Assembly: GCA_030529565.1 (NCBI GenBank)
Contig: JAUMWQ010000001.1
Location: forward strand, 1 to 38,971
From: Filifactor alocis
Lineage (GTDB): Bacteria; Bacillota; Clostridia; Peptostreptococcales; Filifactoraceae
Direction of reading: 5' to 3'
Length of the DNA stretch: 38,971 nucleotides
Made by a program: the position numbers and the translations under genes. Under the pieces are notes generated by a model that worked only from the letters and a program-made list of their open reading frames with translations, did no database searches and was not told the DNA's origin. Below are positions 36,116-38,971 of this stretch, piece by piece. Each line of letters opens with the position of its first letter. The first letter of the stretch is position 1.

Positions 36116-37459
36116 ATTACACCCGTAAAGAAGAAGTTTTTAAGTTTTGTCGTCCCTTCCATTGTCGCAATGTGGGTTTTTTCCATTTATACGATGGTGG
36201 ACGGTTTTTTTGTATCCAAATATGTGGGAGAGAGTTCTCTCTCTGCGGTCAATCTTGCCCTCCCCTTTGTAAACACTCTGTTTGCAATCGCGATCTTGTT
36301 TGCGACGGGGACCTCGACCTTGGTCGGGATCGCCTTGGGAGAAAAGAATTACGAACGAGCGGAGGAGTTGTTCAACCTTACCGTTGCTGTAGAGCTTGTT
36401 TCGTCGATCCTTCTCTCTATCTTTTGCAGTATTTTCCTGGAAGAGATCGTCTACTTTTTAGGCGCGACCACTTATCTGTTTAAGGATGTTTACACCTACC
36501 TGCACATCATCGTTTGGTTTTCTCCGTTTTTTATTCTTTCCTACCACTTTGAAGTGTTGATTAAGGTGGACGGATTTCCAAAGCTCGCGACCTTAGGAGT
36601 CTTGTCGAGTGCGATCACGAACATCGTCTTGGACTATCTCTTTGTAGGTGTTTTTGACTTTGGGATTGCAGGCGCGGCTTGGGCAACAGGGATCGCACAG
36701 ATGCTTTCGACTCTTTTGTTCCTGTATCACTTTATCTTCGGAAATTCCAAGTTGAATTTTAAGAGGACAAGATGGTCGCTTTCGATCTTCCCCAAAATTT
36801 TTTCCATCGGATTCGGAAGTTTTATCTCGGAGTTTTCCACCGGTTTTACCATCTTTTTGTATAATCATTATATCTTGAAGATTTTAAGCCAAAAGGCGCT
36901 TATCTCTTACACGGTAGTGTCCTATATCAACGTGTTTGTCTTTATGACGATGGTGGGCTTAACTCAGGGGATGCAACCTCTTGTAAGCTATTACTACGGC
37001 AAAAAAGAGCAGGTCATTTATCGCAAGTTCCTTTTGTTTTCGGTTATCGGTGTCGCCTTCCTTTCCATCCTCTTCTACGGAAGCTCCATCTTTATCTCGA
37101 AGCCGGTTATTTCATTGTTTATCTCCGCCAATGAGGTTTCGCTGTTTCGGGATACCAAAGAAGCTTTGTTTTGGTTTGCACCGTCCTTCCTATTTATCGG
37201 TTTCAATACGGTGATAAGCGGTTACTTCGCTTCAGTCGGAAGGGCGAAGGAGGCCTTTGTCATATCGGTTTCTCGTGGCTTTGTATTTCTCTGGATCTCA
37301 CTTCTCCTGACCTCTCTGACAGGAAGAGCAAAGCTCCTGTGGTTATCCGCCTTCTTCTCGGAGGTTGCCACCTTGCTGCTCGCCTTATCCATCCTTGTGC
37401 CGATATTGAAAGAACACTCTCCTTCCGGGAAAGAAGTATCTTCTGGAAGTGCTTCGTAG
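36116..37459 (+). CDS. MATE family efflux transporter (MepA-like), probable ATT start
   Basis: Multi-TM protein with YTMVDGFFV, LSAVNL, NIVLD..GIAGAAWAT, QGMQPLVSYYYG. AAGGAGG RBS lies 7 nt before an in-frame ATT; first ATG is at 36170. Confidence 0.88.
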   Translation: MTPVKKKFLSFVVPSIVAMWVFSIYTMVDGFFVSKYVGESSLSAVNLALPFVNTLFAIAILFATGTSTLVGIALGEKNYERAEELFNLTVAVELVSSILLSIFCSIFLEEIVYFLGATTYLFKDVYTYLHIIVWFSPFFILSYHFEVLIKVDGFPKLATLGVLSSAITNIVLDYLFVGVFDFGIAGAAWATGIAQMLSTLLFLYHFIFGNSKLNFKRTRWSLSIFPKIFSIGFGSFISEFSTGFTIFLYNHYILKILSQKALISYTVVSYINVFVFMTMVGLTQGMQPLVSYYYGKKEQVIYRKFLLFSVIGVAFLSILFYGSSIFISKPVISLFISANEVSLFRDTKEALFWFAPSFLFIGFNTVISGYFASVGRAKEAFVISVSRGFVFLWISLLLTSLTGRAKLLWLSAFFSEVATLLLALSILVPILKEHSPSGKEVSSGSAS

Positions 37460-37729
37460 GGCGCAAAGATATTTGCGCTCCGGCGGGGCTGGCTGGATCC
37501 TTCCTTGTGCGGAATAATACCGATACCTGTTTAAAATTCGCGGTTACCTTTATGAATGTTGTTTACACGGAACTCGGGTATGAAAGTGAAAACCGAAGAA
37601 CGATCGTCTCTGCTCTAGAGAGCAAGCATGGCTTGCAATCGACTGAAAAAATGAGCAGCGAAGCATCGGTAGACTCGAAGGGTGAACACACTGGTTACGG
37701 AGTTTGGCGAACGAGTAAAGCATTGATTA

Positions 37730-37960
37730 TAATACTATTCTCCGTTTGAAATTCCGGGTATAATACTAATTTTCAATAGAAGTATGGATATATCTATTTT
37801 TCGATGACGAAAAACTATGTTGTCTTCTATGGGTCACAGATTGTTTATATCCACTATTCAAAAGAATAGTAGTATAAAACATCGATCTTTTCCGAAAAAA
37901 CAATTTGGAAGGTGATAATTCAAAAAGTTCAACCTGTCTATCCTAATAGATAATAGTATA
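37730..37960 (+). mobile_element. Subtype A repeat interrupted by a nested subtype B element
   Basis: Left part TAATACTATTCTCCGTTTGAAATTCCGGGTA (37730-37760); right part ..CCGAAAAAACAATTTGGA..TTCAACCTGTCTATCCTAATAGATAATAGTATA (to 37960). Confidence 0.85.
37761..37876 (+). mobile_element. MITE/BOX-like repeat, subtype B (116 bp), nested
   Basis: TAATACTAATTTTCAATAGAAGTATGGATATA...TATATCCACTATTCAAAAGAATAGTAGTATA; imperfect TIR 21/29; TA at both ends. Confidence 0.8.
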
Positions 37961-37997
37961 AGCAGGCTCTTTGTCCTTTATATCAAGTATCCGCACC

Positions 37998-38027
37998 AAA
38001 AAAAGAACATCGTCTCCGATGTTCTTT
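37998..38027 (-). terminator. Terminator of the ECF S-component gene
   Basis: AAAGAACATCG-TCTC-CGATGTTCTTT with an extended A run on the left. Confidence 0.85.
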
Positions 38028-38045
38028 ATCTATTTATGTCTATTG

Positions 38046-38642
38046 TTATCTCGCTCGTCTTACTTTTTTTGCCGCCTTATACACTGCCACGGTCACAAGG
38101 ACGGAAAGGATGGCTTCGGGGATCCCGTTCTGGATCGCGATTCCCGTAAACAGTACCCTTACTCCCTGTACCGACAAGGTCAGCTTTTCAGCCAGTTTAT
38201 CATGATAGATAAGGTAGGCGCTGCCAAGTACCATGACTGTATGCGCCAAGGTCGCTATAAATGCTGCCAGGACGACCGCTACATTTTCTTTCTTAAACTT
38301 AGTACTGACAAGGTAGTACACCTGATAACTGATATACCCCAACAACACTCTGGGAACGATCGCAATGATCGGATTCCAAAAGATAAAAGATGTCGGCAGA
38401 GGCATCATAAATGCTCGGATCATCGATATGATGCCGAACAACAGGCCGGTCATCATCCCTATCATGGGCCCCTCGAGAACCGCTCCGATAATGACGGGAA
38501 TATGCATCGTCGTTACCGAAATCGCTCCGACCGTAATAAAACCGATGGGTGTGAAACCCAGTACCGCTGAAATTGCCCCAAGCATCCCCACCAAGGTGAG
38601 CTGACCTGTGGACATTCCTCTTCGCTGAATTCTCTGTATCAT
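38046..38642 (-). CDS. ECF transporter S component (PanT-like, substrate uncertain)
   Basis: Hydrophobic protein of about 198 aa with TPIGFI..TTMHIPVIIGAVLEGP..G..FG..S and PRVL motifs. AAGGAG RBS favours ATG 38642. Confidence 0.85.
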   Translation of the reverse strand: MIQRIQRRGMSTGQLTLVGMLGAISAVLGFTPIGFITVGAISVTTMHIPVIIGAVLEGPMIGMMTGLLFGIISMIRAFMMPLPTSFIFWNPIIAIVPRVLLGYISYQVYYLVSTKFKKENVAVVLAAFIATLAHTVMVLGSAYLIYHDKLAEKLTLSVQGVRVLFTGIAIQNGIPEAILSVLVTVAVYKAAKKVRRAR

Positions 38643-38808
38643 GTTATTCTCCTTTGTTCCGGTTCTCACAATGAGATACCGTTCTTCTTATTTTGGTTTA
38701 CCGGTTATCATTATACTCCTCTTTGGTATGAAATACCACTTTTTTTGAAATGTTTTACTTTTTTGTTACTTATTTGATCTTGAGAAGATGTAACCGTCTT
38801 TATGCCGG

Positions 38809-38925
38809 TAATGTTATTTTTCTATAGAAGTACACTTATGTCGCCGACAGCTATCAAAACGAAGGCTGTGTCGCTCCGAAGAAGTCAAAATATCGATATT
38901 AACTGTTCAAAGGGGTGTCTGTATA
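38809..38925 (+). mobile_element. Degenerate subtype B repeat (117 bp)
   Basis: TAATGTTATTTTTCTATAGAAGTA...GATATTAACTGTTCAAAGGGGTGTCTGTATA; nearly the same length as 37761-37876 with similar ends. Confidence 0.55.
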
Positions 38926-38971
38926 ACACTGTTTTCCAGACAATATCCCTCCCTACAGATACAAAGAATCG

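Noticed and set aside
37171-37749. 192-aa ORF overlapping the MATE 3' end
   Set aside because: It overlaps a real gene out of frame, has no RBS for the internal ATG and ends inside the repeat element.
12286-38925. CRISPR array or integron attC sites as an explanation of the repeats
   Set aside because: Copies are dispersed in both orientations, are not regularly spaced and lack GTTRRRY cores. No cas or integrase genes are present.

Overview
Chromosomal window from an anaerobic Firmicute. Gene content and order suggest a Peptostreptococcales/Filifactor-like organism (inference only). The left arm (minus strand) is housekeeping: UPF0182 membrane protein, murB, PHP protein, rapZ-yvcK-NUDIX-whiA, HPr and rubrerythrin. 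A two-gene cassette (AAA_21-type ABC ATPase plus TOPRIM/RloB-like protein, a candidate anti-phage module) lies between rpsF-ssb-rpsR and a resident hypothetical gene. The centre holds two tandem giant secreted multi-domain surface proteins with C-terminal SLH anchors. One (2156 aa) has its SLH module in the +1 frame. The other (2779 aa) is followed by an out-of-frame 101-bp second copy of its SLH tail. The right arm has a branched-chain amino acid ABC operon (livK/J-H-M-G-F, CodY box upstream), a MATE transporter that appears to start at AUU, and an ECF S component. The main unannotated signal is a dispersed family of about 117-bp non-coding elements with TAATACT...AGTATA ends and imperfect terminal inverted repeats. 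It has two subtypes and at least 7 full or partial copies, one nested inside another with a TA duplication. Subtype A carries a candidate outward-facing promoter.
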